In this document: positions 17,045 to 26,727 of the stretch, piece after piece
How the letters are laid out: the number at the start of each line of letters is the position of its first letter
Numbering within the stretch: position 1 is the first letter of the stretch
Assembly: GCA_964497315.1 (NCBI GenBank)
Contig: CAZCCH010000003.1
Coordinates: 23,346 to 87,345 of the forward strand
Origin: an uncultured Planctomycetia bacterium
Lineage (GTDB): Bacteria; Omnitrophota; Gorgyraeia; Taenaricolales; CAZCCH01
Direction: 5' to 3'
Length of the DNA stretch: 64,000 nucleotides
Translations under genes and position numbers: made by a program
Notes under the pieces: generated by a model
The model's input: the letters and a program-made list of their open reading frames with translations, nothing else
What the model was told of the DNA's origin: nothing
Databases searched by the model: none

Positions 17045-17046
17045 AC

Positions 17047-17075
17047 TTGCATTCCACCCCTCTTTTAACTATAAT
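17047..17075 (+). promoter_or_regulatory. Sigma70-type promoter
   Basis: TTGCAT-N17-TATAAT upstream of SD AGGAGG and ATG 17121. Confidence 0.7.
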
Positions 17076-17120
17076 AATAACTTATATAGAAGAATTTGTA
17101 TGAAATCAGGAGGTGAGTAA

Positions 17121-17339
17121 ATGGGTAAGCTTTTAAGTATTATAGGTGGCACAGTTGCAGTAGTATTAGGTATTGTAGCCTTGATGTCCTGGTGGTGGTC
17201 ATTTGTTGAGCTTTTAAAAGGCGTGATTCCGTGTCTTCTCATAATGGGTGGTCTTATTGCGCTATTTGCGGGTGTAAGCGAGATAAAAGATGCACTGACA
17301 TGCAAAAAGGAAGAGAAAAAAGAAGAACCAGCAGCATAA
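17121..17339 (+). CDS. Small two-TM membrane protein
   Basis: Strong SD AGGAGGTG; two hydrophobic segments and a charged tail. Confidence 0.85.
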   Translation: MGKLLSIIGGTVAVVLGIVALMSWWWSFVELLKGVIPCLLIMGGLIALFAGVSEIKDALTCKKEEKKEEPAA

Positions 17340-17359
17340 AAATACATAAGAAAACACCT

Positions 17360-17397
17360 AGACCTTTATCACGCAGCAGTGGTAAAGGTCTTTTTTT
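17360..17397 (+). terminator. Rho-independent terminator
   Basis: AGACCTTTATCAC / GTGGTAAAGGTCT stem followed by a T-run. Confidence 0.85.
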
Positions 17398-17407
17398 AAA
17401 AACTGTT

Positions 17408-18814
17408 ATGTTAAGAAAAATTTCAAACTTTTTTAAAACAAATAATATAAAAGTCTGGTTAGTTGGTGGATTTTTAAGGGATAGGCTTTTAGGTATTAAA
17501 CAAACTAAAATAATAGATATGGATTTTGCTGTTGAAGGAAATGCCTTAAAGCTTGCTAGGGAATTTTCTAATAAAATAGGTGGAAGTTTTTTAGCACTAG
17601 ATAAAAAAAGAGGCTGTGCTAGAGTAATTTATAAAAATTATATCCTAGATTTTGCTAATTTAAGGGCAGGGAGTATTCAGGAAGATTTAAAAAACAGAGA
17701 CTTTACAATAAATGCCTTAGCTGTTGAATTAGGTAGTAAGACCAAGGAAATAATAGACCCAACTGGAGGATTAGCTGATTTAAAGTTAAAACGCATAAAA
17801 GTAGTAAAACAAGCTGCCTTAAAAAGCGACCCACTACGCATTATAAGGGCATTTGGTCTTAGTAGTCGCCTTGGGTTTAAAATAGAGAAAAAGACTATAA
17901 GCCTTATAAAACAGAATAAAACAAAAGTAAAAAGTGTTTCAGGTGAAAGACTCTGGGAAGAGTTTTATGGATTACTAGTAGAGCCACATTGCTTTAAAAA
18001 CCTACAGCTTATGGATAAACTTGGGATCTTAGATGAGATTTTACCTGAGATAAAGTTATCTAAAAAGACTTATCAAGGGGCATATCATCATTTAAATGTA
18101 TGGAGACATTCTCTCTTGGCTTTTGAGGAATTTGAAAAATTAACTATGCAGTTACACAAGACTCTTCCAAAGTTACATTCAAAACTTAAAAACTACCTAA
18201 ATTCAGAACTATCTACTGGCAGGAAAAGAACCCCCCTTCTAAAATTAGCTGTTTTTTTACATGATTTAGGAAAACCTCTCACTAAGAAAAAAGAAGATGG
18301 TAAGATAAAATTTATAGGTCATGAAAAGAAAGTCCTTAAGATTATAGATAGAGTTTCAAAAAGGCTCAAACTATCAAATGCTGAAAGGGATTTTTTAAAG
18401 GTGGTTAGTTTAAATCATTTGCGGCCTGGGTATTTAAGTGACTTAGAAAAGATTAGTAAAAAAGCGATATTCCACTTTTTCAGAGATACAAAAAATGAAG
18501 GAGTTGGAGTATTGCTTTTATCAATAGCAGATAGATGTGCTACATTAGGACCTTTAAGTACCAAAAAGGCACTAAGGCATCATAATAACTTATGCATTAG
18601 ATTGATAAAGGAGTTTTATAAAAGTCCAAAGAAAACAATAAACCCACCTAGGCTAGTTAATGGAAAAGATATAATGAAACACTTAAATATAAAACCAGGG
18701 CCCTTGGTTGGTAAAATACTTAGACAAATACAAGAGGCCCAGGCTGAGGAGAAGATAAAAACAAAAACACAAGCTTTAAGATATATAAAAAAATGGAGGG
18801 TTAAAAATGGCTAG
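17408..18814 (+). CDS. cca: CCA tRNA nucleotidyltransferase / poly(A) polymerase family with HD domain
   Basis: LVGGFLRD, DMDF, RDFTINALA, DPLRIIRA, ERL, HDLGK, GHE. Start moved to ATG 17408, downstream of the terminator. Confidence 0.88.
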   Translation: MLRKISNFFKTNNIKVWLVGGFLRDRLLGIKQTKIIDMDFAVEGNALKLAREFSNKIGGSFLALDKKRGCARVIYKNYILDFANLRAGSIQEDLKNRDFTINALAVELGSKTKEIIDPTGGLADLKLKRIKVVKQAALKSDPLRIIRAFGLSSRLGFKIEKKTISLIKQNKTKVKSVSGERLWEEFYGLLVEPHCFKNLQLMDKLGILDEILPEIKLSKKTYQGAYHHLNVWRHSLLAFEEFEKLTMQLHKTLPKLHSKLKNYLNSELSTGRKRTPLLKLAVFLHDLGKPLTKKKEDGKIKFIGHEKKVLKIIDRVSKRLKLSNAERDFLKVVSLNHLRPGYLSDLEKISKKAIFHFFRDTKNEGVGVLLLSIADRCATLGPLSTKKALRHHNNLCIRLIKEFYKSPKKTINPPRLVNGKDIMKHLNIKPGPLVGKILRQIQEAQAEEKIKTKTQALRYIKKWRVKNG

Positions 18815-20132
18815 AAGCATTAAAAAACGCCTTAGTAAATTCTTCCAGCTAGAAAAACTTGGTACAGATATTCGTACTGAAGTAATTGCAGGTATAACTA
18901 CCTTTATGACTATGGCCTATATTATTGTAGTAAACCCTAAAATTTTAGAGTTTGCTGGAATTCCTTTTGGACCTTCTGTGGTAGCGACAGTGCTCTCAGC
19001 ATTTTTTGGGACACTTATTATGGGTGTATATGCTAAAAGGCCCCTAGCCATTGCACCTTATATGGGTGAAAATGCCTTTATTGCATTTACTGTAGTTAAG
19101 GTTTTAGGTTATAGCTGGCAGACAGCCATTGGTGCAATATTTATAGGAGGTGTATTATTTAGCCTGTTAACTATTTTTAAGATGCGTTCATGGCTTGCCA
19201 ATGCAATACCGCAAAGCCTAAAATATAGCTTTGCTGTAGGGATAGGTCTGTTTTTAACATTTATAGGTTTAAATGAAACAGGCATTGTAACAGTAGGCAT
19301 TAAAGATGCACCTGTTAAAGTAGGGGCATTGACAACTCTACCAGTTTTACTTGCAATATTCGGGTTTTTATTAATTTGTATTCTAATGATACGAAAGGTC
19401 AAAGGTGCAATTTTATTGGGTATTATTACAACAACGCTTTTATCATTCCCTTTAGGTGTTTCAAAGGTACCAGATAAGTTATTCAGTATGCCACCAAGTC
19501 TAGCGCCTATATTTTTACAGTTAGATATTGTAGGTGCCCTAAGCTGGGGTTTCTTTGCTGTTATATTGACTGTGTTTGTAATGGATTTTGTAGATACTAT
19601 GGGTACACTTTTGGGGGTTTCATACAGGGCGGGGTTATTGGATAAAAACGGCAACCTACCTGAGATTGAAAAACCCATGCTTGCAGATGCCTTAGCGACA
19701 ATAGTAGGTGCACTTTTGGGGACTACCACCTGCGGGACATACATTGAATCTGCTGCAGGTATTGAAGAAGGTGGCAAAAGTGGCTTGACAGCGTGCGTTA
19801 CAGCACTTTTGTTTTTAGTGGCATTGTTTTTTGTGCCATTTTTTACAGCCGTACCTTCTGCAGCATACGGACCTGCTTTAATAATAGTGGGTGTTTTTAT
19901 GCTTGAGCCTATAGCAAGAATAAACTTCAAAGACTTAACAGAATTTATTCCTGCATTTTGTGTAATTGTATTGATGAGCTTTACATATAATCTAGGTATA
20001 GGTATGACAGCGGGATTTGTAATGTATGTGTTTCTTAAAGTAGTAACAGCAAGGAGTAAGGAAGTGCATCCTGGTATGTGGATATTGGGTGGTCTTTCGT
20101 TATTGTTTTTCATATTCTATCCTTATCATTAA
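18807..20132 (+). CDS. NCS2/AzgA-family purine (adenine/guanine/hypoxanthine) permease
   Basis: TEVIAGITTFMTMAYII.VNP, APYMGENAF, DTMGTL, YIESAAGIEEGG. Confidence 0.93.
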   Translation: MARSIKKRLSKFFQLEKLGTDIRTEVIAGITTFMTMAYIIVVNPKILEFAGIPFGPSVVATVLSAFFGTLIMGVYAKRPLAIAPYMGENAFIAFTVVKVLGYSWQTAIGAIFIGGVLFSLLTIFKMRSWLANAIPQSLKYSFAVGIGLFLTFIGLNETGIVTVGIKDAPVKVGALTTLPVLLAIFGFLLICILMIRKVKGAILLGIITTTLLSFPLGVSKVPDKLFSMPPSLAPIFLQLDIVGALSWGFFAVILTVFVMDFVDTMGTLLGVSYRAGLLDKNGNLPEIEKPMLADALATIVGALLGTTTCGTYIESAAGIEEGGKSGLTACVTALLFLVALFFVPFFTAVPSAAYGPALIIVGVFMLEPIARINFKDLTEFIPAFCVIVLMSFTYNLGIGMTAGFVMYVFLKVVTARSKEVHPGMWILGGLSLLFFIFYPYH

Positions 20133-20135
20133 AAA

Positions 20136-21851
20136 ATGGAAAATCAAGAAATTGCAGACATATTTCATGAAATAGCCGATATCTTAGAGATACAAGGAGA
20201 AAATCCTTTTAGGATACGCTCATACCGGAATGCTGCCCAGGCTATAGAGGAGCTTTCAGAAGAAGTTACATCTATTTATAAAAGGGGTGAACTTTGCGAT
20301 ATTCCAGGGGTAGGTTCTTCTATAGCAGAGAAAATAGAAGAGATTTTAAAAACAGGTAAGTGTAAATTCCACCAACAACTTTTTAAAAAGACACCACATG
20401 GTGTAATAGATATAATGAATATTCCTGGCATGGGACCAAAATCAGCAGCACTTGTTTATAAAAAACTAAAGGTTGATAGTATAAATAAACTTAAAAAGGC
20501 TGCTAAGGAAGGTAAGTTAGCTAGATTACCTAGGATGGGTGAAAAACTTCAACAAAAGGTACTTAAGGCAATAAAACAGATTAAAAAGGTTGAAGGAAAA
20601 TTTAAACTTGCAGATGCCCTTGAAGTGGCAGAAAAACTAGCAACCTCACTTAAGAAATTAAAAGAGGTTGAAAAATTAGAATTTGCAGGAAGCCTAAGAC
20701 GCAAAAAAGAATTAATAGGTGATATAGATATTTTAGTAATTTCTAAAAAGCCAGATAAGGTAATGGATAGCTTTACTTCTTTAAAAGAAGTAAAACAAAT
20801 TTTAGCCAAAGGACACACTAAATCCAGCGTTGTTTTAAAAAGTGGCATCCAGACTGATTTAAGGGTATTGCCTTCTAAAGACTTTGGTGCAGCTTTACAT
20901 TATTTTACAGGGTCAAAAGAACACAATGTTACAATAAGGGATTTAGCAAAGAGAAAAGGCCTTAAAATAAATGAATACGGTGTTTTTCGTGGCAAGCAGC
21001 GTATAGGAGGCAAGGAAGAAATAGATATCTTTAAGGCAGTGGGGATTAGGCAATACATTGAACCAGAGCTACGTGAAAACAAAGGTGAAATTGAAGCTGC
21101 CAAGAAAAACAAACTTCCTAAGCTTTTAGAACTAAAAGATATTAAGGGTGATTTACATATTCATACAGAGGATACTGATGGCAGAAGCAGCATTGATGAA
21201 ATGATTGAAGCAGCAAGGAAAAAAGGCTATAGTTATATTGCAATAACAAACCACTCTAAGGCAGTTACAATAGCGCATGGCATGGATGAAAAGAGACTAT
21301 TAAAGCAAATAGAAAAAATAGACAAAATTAATAAAAGACTTAAAGGTTTTAGGGTATTAAAAGGCATAGAGGTAGATATAAAAAAAGATGGATCTTTAGA
21401 TTTAAAAGATGAAGCACTAGTAAGGTGCGATGTAGTAATAGGTGCAATTCACTCAAACTTTGGTATGCCAAAAAGAAATATGACTGAAAGAATTTTAAAG
21501 GCAATGAAAAATAAACATTTGCATATTTTAGCTCATCCTACAGGCAGGCTATTAAAGGAACGTGAGCCTTACCAGGTAGATATGGAAAAAGTCTTAAAGA
21601 CAGCACTTGACTTAAATGTTTGTATGGAATTAAGTGCCTTTCCCGATAGGTTAGATTTAAATGATTTACACTGTCAGCTTGCGAAGAAGCTCGGTGTAAA
21701 GATAGCCTTAAATACAGACTCACACAGTATAGCACATCTTGATAATATGAAATACGGTATTTACACAGCCCGTAGAGGATGGCTTGAGAAAAAAGATATT
21801 GTAAATACCCTTCCCCTTGATAAATTACTAATGGCCCTAAGGAGGAATTAA
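20136..21851 (+). CDS. polX: DNA polymerase X with PHP domain
   Basis: GENPFRIRSY, AGSLRR, GDIDIL, YFTGSKEHN, DLHIHT, AHPTGR, NTDSH. Confidence 0.95.
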   Translation: MENQEIADIFHEIADILEIQGENPFRIRSYRNAAQAIEELSEEVTSIYKRGELCDIPGVGSSIAEKIEEILKTGKCKFHQQLFKKTPHGVIDIMNIPGMGPKSAALVYKKLKVDSINKLKKAAKEGKLARLPRMGEKLQQKVLKAIKQIKKVEGKFKLADALEVAEKLATSLKKLKEVEKLEFAGSLRRKKELIGDIDILVISKKPDKVMDSFTSLKEVKQILAKGHTKSSVVLKSGIQTDLRVLPSKDFGAALHYFTGSKEHNVTIRDLAKRKGLKINEYGVFRGKQRIGGKEEIDIFKAVGIRQYIEPELRENKGEIEAAKKNKLPKLLELKDIKGDLHIHTEDTDGRSSIDEMIEAARKKGYSYIAITNHSKAVTIAHGMDEKRLLKQIEKIDKINKRLKGFRVLKGIEVDIKKDGSLDLKDEALVRCDVVIGAIHSNFGMPKRNMTERILKAMKNKHLHILAHPTGRLLKEREPYQVDMEKVLKTALDLNVCMELSAFPDRLDLNDLHCQLAKKLGVKIALNTDSHSIAHLDNMKYGIYTARRGWLEKKDIVNTLPLDKLLMALRRN

Positions 21852-21852
21852 T

Positions 21853-22461
21853 ATGTTTAAGAAAATTACAGAAGAGTTAAGGCACCATGCACCTTTTACT
21901 GTTTTTGGAGCACTTACTGGTGCAATCTTAGTAATCGTTTTAAAAAATTTACCATTGAAGATTTCCCTTGGTGCCTTTTATGTATTTCATCCAATACATG
22001 TTCTTTTAAGTGCGCTAGTTACAGCCTCTATGTACGAGAGGCATAAATGCCCCGCCAATAGAAAGCAGTGCAACATCTGGATTTTGTTAATTATTGGGTA
22101 TGTGGGTGCTATAGGTATAGCTACATTAAGTGATTCATTAATACCTTACCTAGGTGAAACCTTACTTAATATGCCACACAGGCATATGCATATAGGTTTT
22201 ATTGAAAAATGGTGGTTGATTAACCCCCTGGCAATGATAGGTATTGCCATTGCATATTTTAGACCTTCCACAAAATTCCCCCACTACGGTCATGTATTAT
22301 TAAGTACCTGGGCATCACTTTTTCATATCCTTATGGCCATAGGCCAAGGACTAAACTGGCTTGGCTACCTTACCATATTTTTATTCCTCTTTATTGCCGT
22401 ATGGCTACCTTGCTGTATAAGTGATATCATCTTCCCGCTTTTATTTGTAAAAAATAAATAA
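21853..22461 (+). CDS. His/Cys-rich multi-pass membrane protein of unknown function
   Basis: About 6 TM segments with HHAPF, FHPIH, HRHMH, PHYGH and CCISD motifs. Confidence 0.85.
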   Translation: MFKKITEELRHHAPFTVFGALTGAILVIVLKNLPLKISLGAFYVFHPIHVLLSALVTASMYERHKCPANRKQCNIWILLIIGYVGAIGIATLSDSLIPYLGETLLNMPHRHMHIGFIEKWWLINPLAMIGIAIAYFRPSTKFPHYGHVLLSTWASLFHILMAIGQGLNWLGYLTIFLFLFIAVWLPCCISDIIFPLLFVKNK

Positions 22462-22507
22462 TTGACAAATACCAAAAAACGTGTTATTATTTTTCTATTC
22501 GTAACAC
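22462..22507 (+). promoter_or_regulatory. Sigma70 promoter with overlapping NikR-type operator
   Basis: TTGACA(22462)-N17-TATTAT(22485) with extended TG; inverted repeat GTGTTAT-N13-GTAACAC (22481-22507) directly upstream of nikR. Confidence 0.8.
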
Positions 22508-22524
22508 GATTAAGGAGTCTACCT

Positions 22525-22941
22525 ATGTCTGAATTAATCCGCTTTGGCATATCTTTAGAAAAAGAACTCTCTGAAAAATTTGACCACATTATAAAACAAA
22601 GAAGCTATACTAATCGCTCTGAGGCCTTACGTGATTTAATCCGTAAGGAATTAGTAAAAAAACAATGGCATACTGGAAGAGAGGTTGCAGGGGCGATTAC
22701 GCTTGTATACGACCACCACAGAAGAGATCTTGTCAGTAAGCTTACCGATACCCAGCATGACTACCACCACATAATCATATCTACCCAGCATATTCACTTA
22801 GACCACCACAACTGTCTTGAGATAATAGTTGTTAAGGGTAAACCTCTTGATGTAGAGAAATTAACAGATGTAATAAGGGCCACTAAGGGAGTAAAACATA
22901 CCGGTTTAACCATGGCTACAACCGGAAAGGATATAACATAA
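22525..22941 (+). CDS. nikR: Nickel-responsive transcriptional regulator NikR
   Basis: RFGISL ribbon, YTNRSEALRDLIR, YDHH, HIHLDHHNCLE; SD AAGGAG before ATG 22525. Confidence 0.95.
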   Translation: MSELIRFGISLEKELSEKFDHIIKQRSYTNRSEALRDLIRKELVKKQWHTGREVAGAITLVYDHHRRDLVSKLTDTQHDYHHIIISTQHIHLDHHNCLEIIVVKGKPLDVEKLTDVIRATKGVKHTGLTMATTGKDIT

Positions 22942-22958
22942 ACAAAGGAGGGGGGGGC

Positions 22959-24239
22959 ATGTTTAGACGTATTTTTTGTGTAATGTTGTTTTTAGGGGTA
23001 TTTGTTTCAACAAACTGTTTTGCCTCAGAGGTTGATGAGCTTAAGAAAGAGGTAAAAGAGCTTAGGGCAAGGATTATACAGCTTGAGAAAAGACTTGATG
23101 TACAGCAGAGGACAGTTGCGGCTCAAGAGGGCGAAATAGAGCAAATTAAAGAAACAGGAGTTATGCCGCAGTTAGATGGCATCAAGCTAGGAGCAGGTAG
23201 TACCTTTATAATACAGGGTACCTCAGATGCCAATGCTACCAGCAAAAAAGGTGAGGACGTAACAGATGCCTCTTATTCCATGAGCCTGGAATTTGAAAAA
23301 GAAGTAGGTAATTCAGGCTTGGCATTTTTACATATTGAAACAGGTGACGGAGAAGGCATAGAAGATGAATTAACGCTTTTCTCCAATGTAAACAGAGATC
23401 AAGATGATTCAGGCAATGCTGTAAATGTAACAGAGGCCTGGTATGAGCATTATCTTCTTGATGACCAATTTACTCTGACATTAGGAAAAATAGACGCAAC
23501 GTGCTATCTTGACCAAAATGAATTTGCAAATGATGAATGTGGGCAATTTTTAGGCAGAATTTTCAGAAATGCCTCGACACTAGATTTTCCTGACAACAAT
23601 GCCGGCATAAGGGGGTTATTGACATTAGAGAATACCCCATGGCTTGAAGTAGAAACACAGGCTTTAGATGGAGATGGTGATTGGGAAGATGTAGGAGATA
23701 ACCTATTTTTATCAGGTCAGTTGAATTTTAAACCGTCTTTAATGGAAGATAGAGAAGGTAATTATAGGCTCTATGCCTGGACAAATAGAACAAACCACCT
23801 ACTATGGGATGACCAAAACCAACAATGGGAGAATAATTGGGGTTTTGGTATAAGCGCAGACCAGGAAATTACAGATACAATTGGTCTATTTACAAGATAT
23901 GGATGGCAGGATCCCGATGTATATGTATCAGGTGCTGATTTTTCATTAGAACATTCCCTAAGCGGAGGTTGTCAGATTTTAGGTTCTTTATGGGGAAGGG
24001 ATGATGATTTAATTGGTCTCGGTCTTGGCTTAGAGATGCCATCAGATGAATATAAAGAATATTATAGCAGAAAGGCAGATGATGAAGGTCATTTTGAGGC
24101 ATATTATTCTTGCAAGATAAATGATTCCCTAACCATTTCCCCTGATTTTCATATGATTTGGGATGCCTATGGTAATGATGTAGCAGACAGGGATGATACT
24201 ATATATGTATTTGGAACAAGAGCTCAAGTAGATTTTTAA
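22959..24239 (+). CDS. Outer-membrane porin (OprB/carbohydrate-porin-like) with N-terminal coiled coil
   Basis: Signal peptide, coiled coil, LTLGKID...DQNEFANDE, EAYY...ISPD, C-terminal Phe (RAQVDF). Confidence 0.8.
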   Translation: MFRRIFCVMLFLGVFVSTNCFASEVDELKKEVKELRARIIQLEKRLDVQQRTVAAQEGEIEQIKETGVMPQLDGIKLGAGSTFIIQGTSDANATSKKGEDVTDASYSMSLEFEKEVGNSGLAFLHIETGDGEGIEDELTLFSNVNRDQDDSGNAVNVTEAWYEHYLLDDQFTLTLGKIDATCYLDQNEFANDECGQFLGRIFRNASTLDFPDNNAGIRGLLTLENTPWLEVETQALDGDGDWEDVGDNLFLSGQLNFKPSLMEDREGNYRLYAWTNRTNHLLWDDQNQQWENNWGFGISADQEITDTIGLFTRYGWQDPDVYVSGADFSLEHSLSGGCQILGSLWGRDDDLIGLGLGLEMPSDEYKEYYSRKADDEGHFEAYYSCKINDSLTISPDFHMIWDAYGNDVADRDDTIYVFGTRAQVDF

Positions 24240-24251
24240 GGGAGGTAAAAG

Positions 24252-24887
24252 ATGCATATACCAGATGGTTTTTTAACAGCAAATACCTGGATACCAACAT
24301 GGATTATATCTGTTGGCGGACTTGGATTTTGCCTTAGAAAACTAAAAGATATCCTTAAGGAAAAAATGGTTCCCCTAATGGGCGTTATGGCAGCCTTTAT
24401 ATTTGCAGCACAGATGCTGAATTTTCCTGTAGTAGGTGGAACATCAGGACATCTTTTAGGAGGGGTATTGGCAGCTGTGTTACTAGGGCCTTATGCAGGC
24501 GCAGTTGTAATAGCAGTGGTTTTAATTGTTCAATGTATAATATTCCAAGATGGCGGTTTGACTGTTTTAGGTGCAAATATTTTTAACATGTCTTTTGTAG
24601 GCGCTATGGGCGGATATATAATTTATAGGTTTGTACGCAAGATTATATCCGGCAATAGAGGTATTATTGCAGGAACTGCTGTGGCAGCGTGGTGTTCGGT
24701 TATAATAGCATCAACGGTTTGTGCAATAGAACTTGCTATTTCAGGGACATCTCCTTTAAAGATAGGCTTGCCTGCTATGGTAGGCATACATGCGTTGATA
24801 GGGATAGGTGAGGCTGTAATTAGTTGTTTAGTAGTAAGCTTTGTTTTGAAGGTAAGGCCGGATTTGATTTATAAAAGAGCAGATTAA
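24252..24887 (+). CDS. cbiM: ECF Ni/Co transporter substrate component CbiM/NikM
   Basis: N-terminal MHIPDGFL, FAAQMLNFP, GTSGHLLGG, DGGLT.LGAN. Confidence 0.93.
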   Translation: MHIPDGFLTANTWIPTWIISVGGLGFCLRKLKDILKEKMVPLMGVMAAFIFAAQMLNFPVVGGTSGHLLGGVLAAVLLGPYAGAVVIAVVLIVQCIIFQDGGLTVLGANIFNMSFVGAMGGYIIYRFVRKIISGNRGIIAGTAVAAWCSVIIASTVCAIELAISGTSPLKIGLPAMVGIHALIGIGEAVISCLVVSFVLKVRPDLIYKRAD

Positions 24888-24921
24888 AATATATAGACAC
24901 AAAAAGAGGAGTAAGACAGTC

Positions 24922-25206
24922 ATGACTAAAAAAGAAGTTATAGCAGGTCTTATTATAGCACTTGTTTTGGGGGTGTTTATTTCAGGGTTTGCATCTTCTT
25001 GGCCAGATGGTTTAGAAAAAGTTGCTGAGGATAAAGGTTTTCTAGAAAAAACTGATGCAGAACCTACCTTTCCATCACCCATACCTGATTATGCCTGGCC
25101 TGGTATTAAAAATGAAAAAGCTGCAACAGGCCTAGCAGGTGCAGCAGGCACACTTTTGACCTTTGGTGTAATGTATGGATTAGCAGTATTAGTTAAAGAA
25201 AAATGA
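24922..25206 (+). CDS. PDGLE-domain protein (NikN-like)
   Basis: FASSWPDGLEKVA, PIPDY. Confidence 0.9.
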   Translation: MTKKEVIAGLIIALVLGVFISGFASSWPDGLEKVAEDKGFLEKTDAEPTFPSPIPDYAWPGIKNEKAATGLAGAAGTLLTFGVMYGLAVLVKEK

Positions 25207-25925
25207 AACATTCCTTTTTAGATATTTACAGCAGCTTGGACTCACCCCTGCATAAAATTGATGCACGTATAAAGATTATAACCTTTATTAGCTGTATTTT
25301 ATTTACTATATTTACACCTGTAGAGGCCTTTGGTTGTTTTTCTTTATACATAATTATATTAATGACTCTTGTGTTTGTTTCTAAGCTGCCTGTAAGTTTT
25401 GTATTGAGAAGATCTTTGGTTATCATTCCCTTTGTTTTATTAATTTCACTTTTTAACTTAGCTGTAAATAAAGATATTTTATTTTTCTTAAATATATTAA
25501 TTAAGGCATACATTTCAATATTGTGCATGATTTTATTATCCAGCACAACCAGGTTTGATGAACTCCTAAAAGGTATGCAGTCTTTAAAATGTCCAAAACT
25601 TATAATAATGATATTATCCTTTATGTATCGCTATACCTTTATATTGCTTGATGAGATTTTAAGAATGAAGCGTGCCAAGGAAAGCCGCCAGATACAAAAA
25701 GCAACTAATTGGTTTGAGATAAAAACTATTGCACAAATGATAGGCTCGCTCTTTGTGCGCTCCTATGAAAGGGGTGAAAGGGTTTATTATGCTATGTGCT
25801 CGCGAGGATTTAAGGGGGATGTAATAACAAACACGCATTTTAAATTAAAGAGGCAGGATTTAATATTTATGTTTAGTATAATATTACCTGTAGGTTCTAT
25901 ATGGATAAAGGCATTGTTAAAATAA
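25203..25925 (+). CDS. cbiQ: ECF transporter transmembrane component CbiQ/NikQ
   Basis: SPLHKIDARIK, MYRY, RAKESR, RSYERGERVYYAMCSRGF. Confidence 0.92.
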   Translation: MKHSFLDIYSSLDSPLHKIDARIKIITFISCILFTIFTPVEAFGCFSLYIIILMTLVFVSKLPVSFVLRRSLVIIPFVLLISLFNLAVNKDILFFLNILIKAYISILCMILLSSTTRFDELLKGMQSLKCPKLIIMILSFMYRYTFILLDEILRMKRAKESRQIQKATNWFEIKTIAQMIGSLFVRSYERGERVYYAMCSRGFKGDVITNTHFKLKRQDLIFMFSIILPVGSIWIKALLK

Positions 25926-26665
25926 AAGATTTAAGCTATAGCTATCCCGACGGAACTAAAGCATTGAGCGATATGAACCTAGAAGTTCTAAAAGGCGAGA
26001 CTGTTGGTATAGTAGGACCCAATGCTGCTGGTAAAACAACACTTCTACTGCATCTAAACGGAATCTTACGCGGTGAAGGAAGTATTGAAGTTGCAGGACT
26101 TTGCATGGGCGATAAAAACCTCTTAGAAATACGTAAAAGAATAGGTCTTGTATTTCAAGACCCGGATGATCAATTATTTACACCAAGTGTATATGACGAT
26201 ATTGCATTTGGACTCCTGCAGAGAAACTTTGAAAAAGAAAAAATAGACAAGCTTGTAGAAGATGCCCTTTTACAAGTTGGCATGTGTGGTTTTGAGAAGA
26301 AATGCTCGCACCATTTAAGCTTTGGCCAGAAGAAAAAGGTTTCACTGGCTACTGTTTTAGCTTTACCTTGTGAGGTTTTGGTATTAGATGAACCCTCTAG
26401 TAATTTAGATCCAAAGTCGAGAAGAGAATTTATTGACATTTTAAAAAATTTGGCTTATACTAAACTTATTGCAACTCATGATTTGGAATTGGTTTTAGAG
26501 GTTTGCCAAAGAGTAGTGATTCTCGACGGAGGAAAGATAGTTGCCGACGGAAAAACGCTTCAAATTCTCTCCAATGAACCATTGCTTACAGAACACAATC
26601 TTGAAGTCCCCAGCAGTTTAAAAAAGCAAACATCATTTATTAATTCTAATAAACAAAATAAATAA
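25901..26665 (+). CDS. cbiO: ECF transporter ATPase CbiO/NikO
   Basis: GPNAAGKT, VFQDPDDQLF, LSFGQKK, LDEP, ATHD. Confidence 0.92.
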   Translation: MDKGIVKIKDLSYSYPDGTKALSDMNLEVLKGETVGIVGPNAAGKTTLLLHLNGILRGEGSIEVAGLCMGDKNLLEIRKRIGLVFQDPDDQLFTPSVYDDIAFGLLQRNFEKEKIDKLVEDALLQVGMCGFEKKCSHHLSFGQKKKVSLATVLALPCEVLVLDEPSSNLDPKSRREFIDILKNLAYTKLIATHDLELVLEVCQRVVILDGGKIVADGKTLQILSNEPLLTEHNLEVPSSLKKQTSFINSNKQNK

Positions 26666-26727
26666 TATTTCTTTGTATAACTTTTTATAATTAAAGAAGT
26701 TATGTAGGTAGAAGATTTTTCACTTAT

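Noticed and set aside
17231-17407. N-terminal extension of the CCA enzyme given in the ORF track
   Set aside because: It overlaps the small membrane protein gene and runs through a terminator; ATG 17408 matches the family start.
19109-20113. 334-aa minus-strand ORF (also 37231-38025 and the many short antisense ORFs)
   Set aside because: These lie opposite well-supported genes, have no recognisable motifs, and are explained by sense-strand codon bias.
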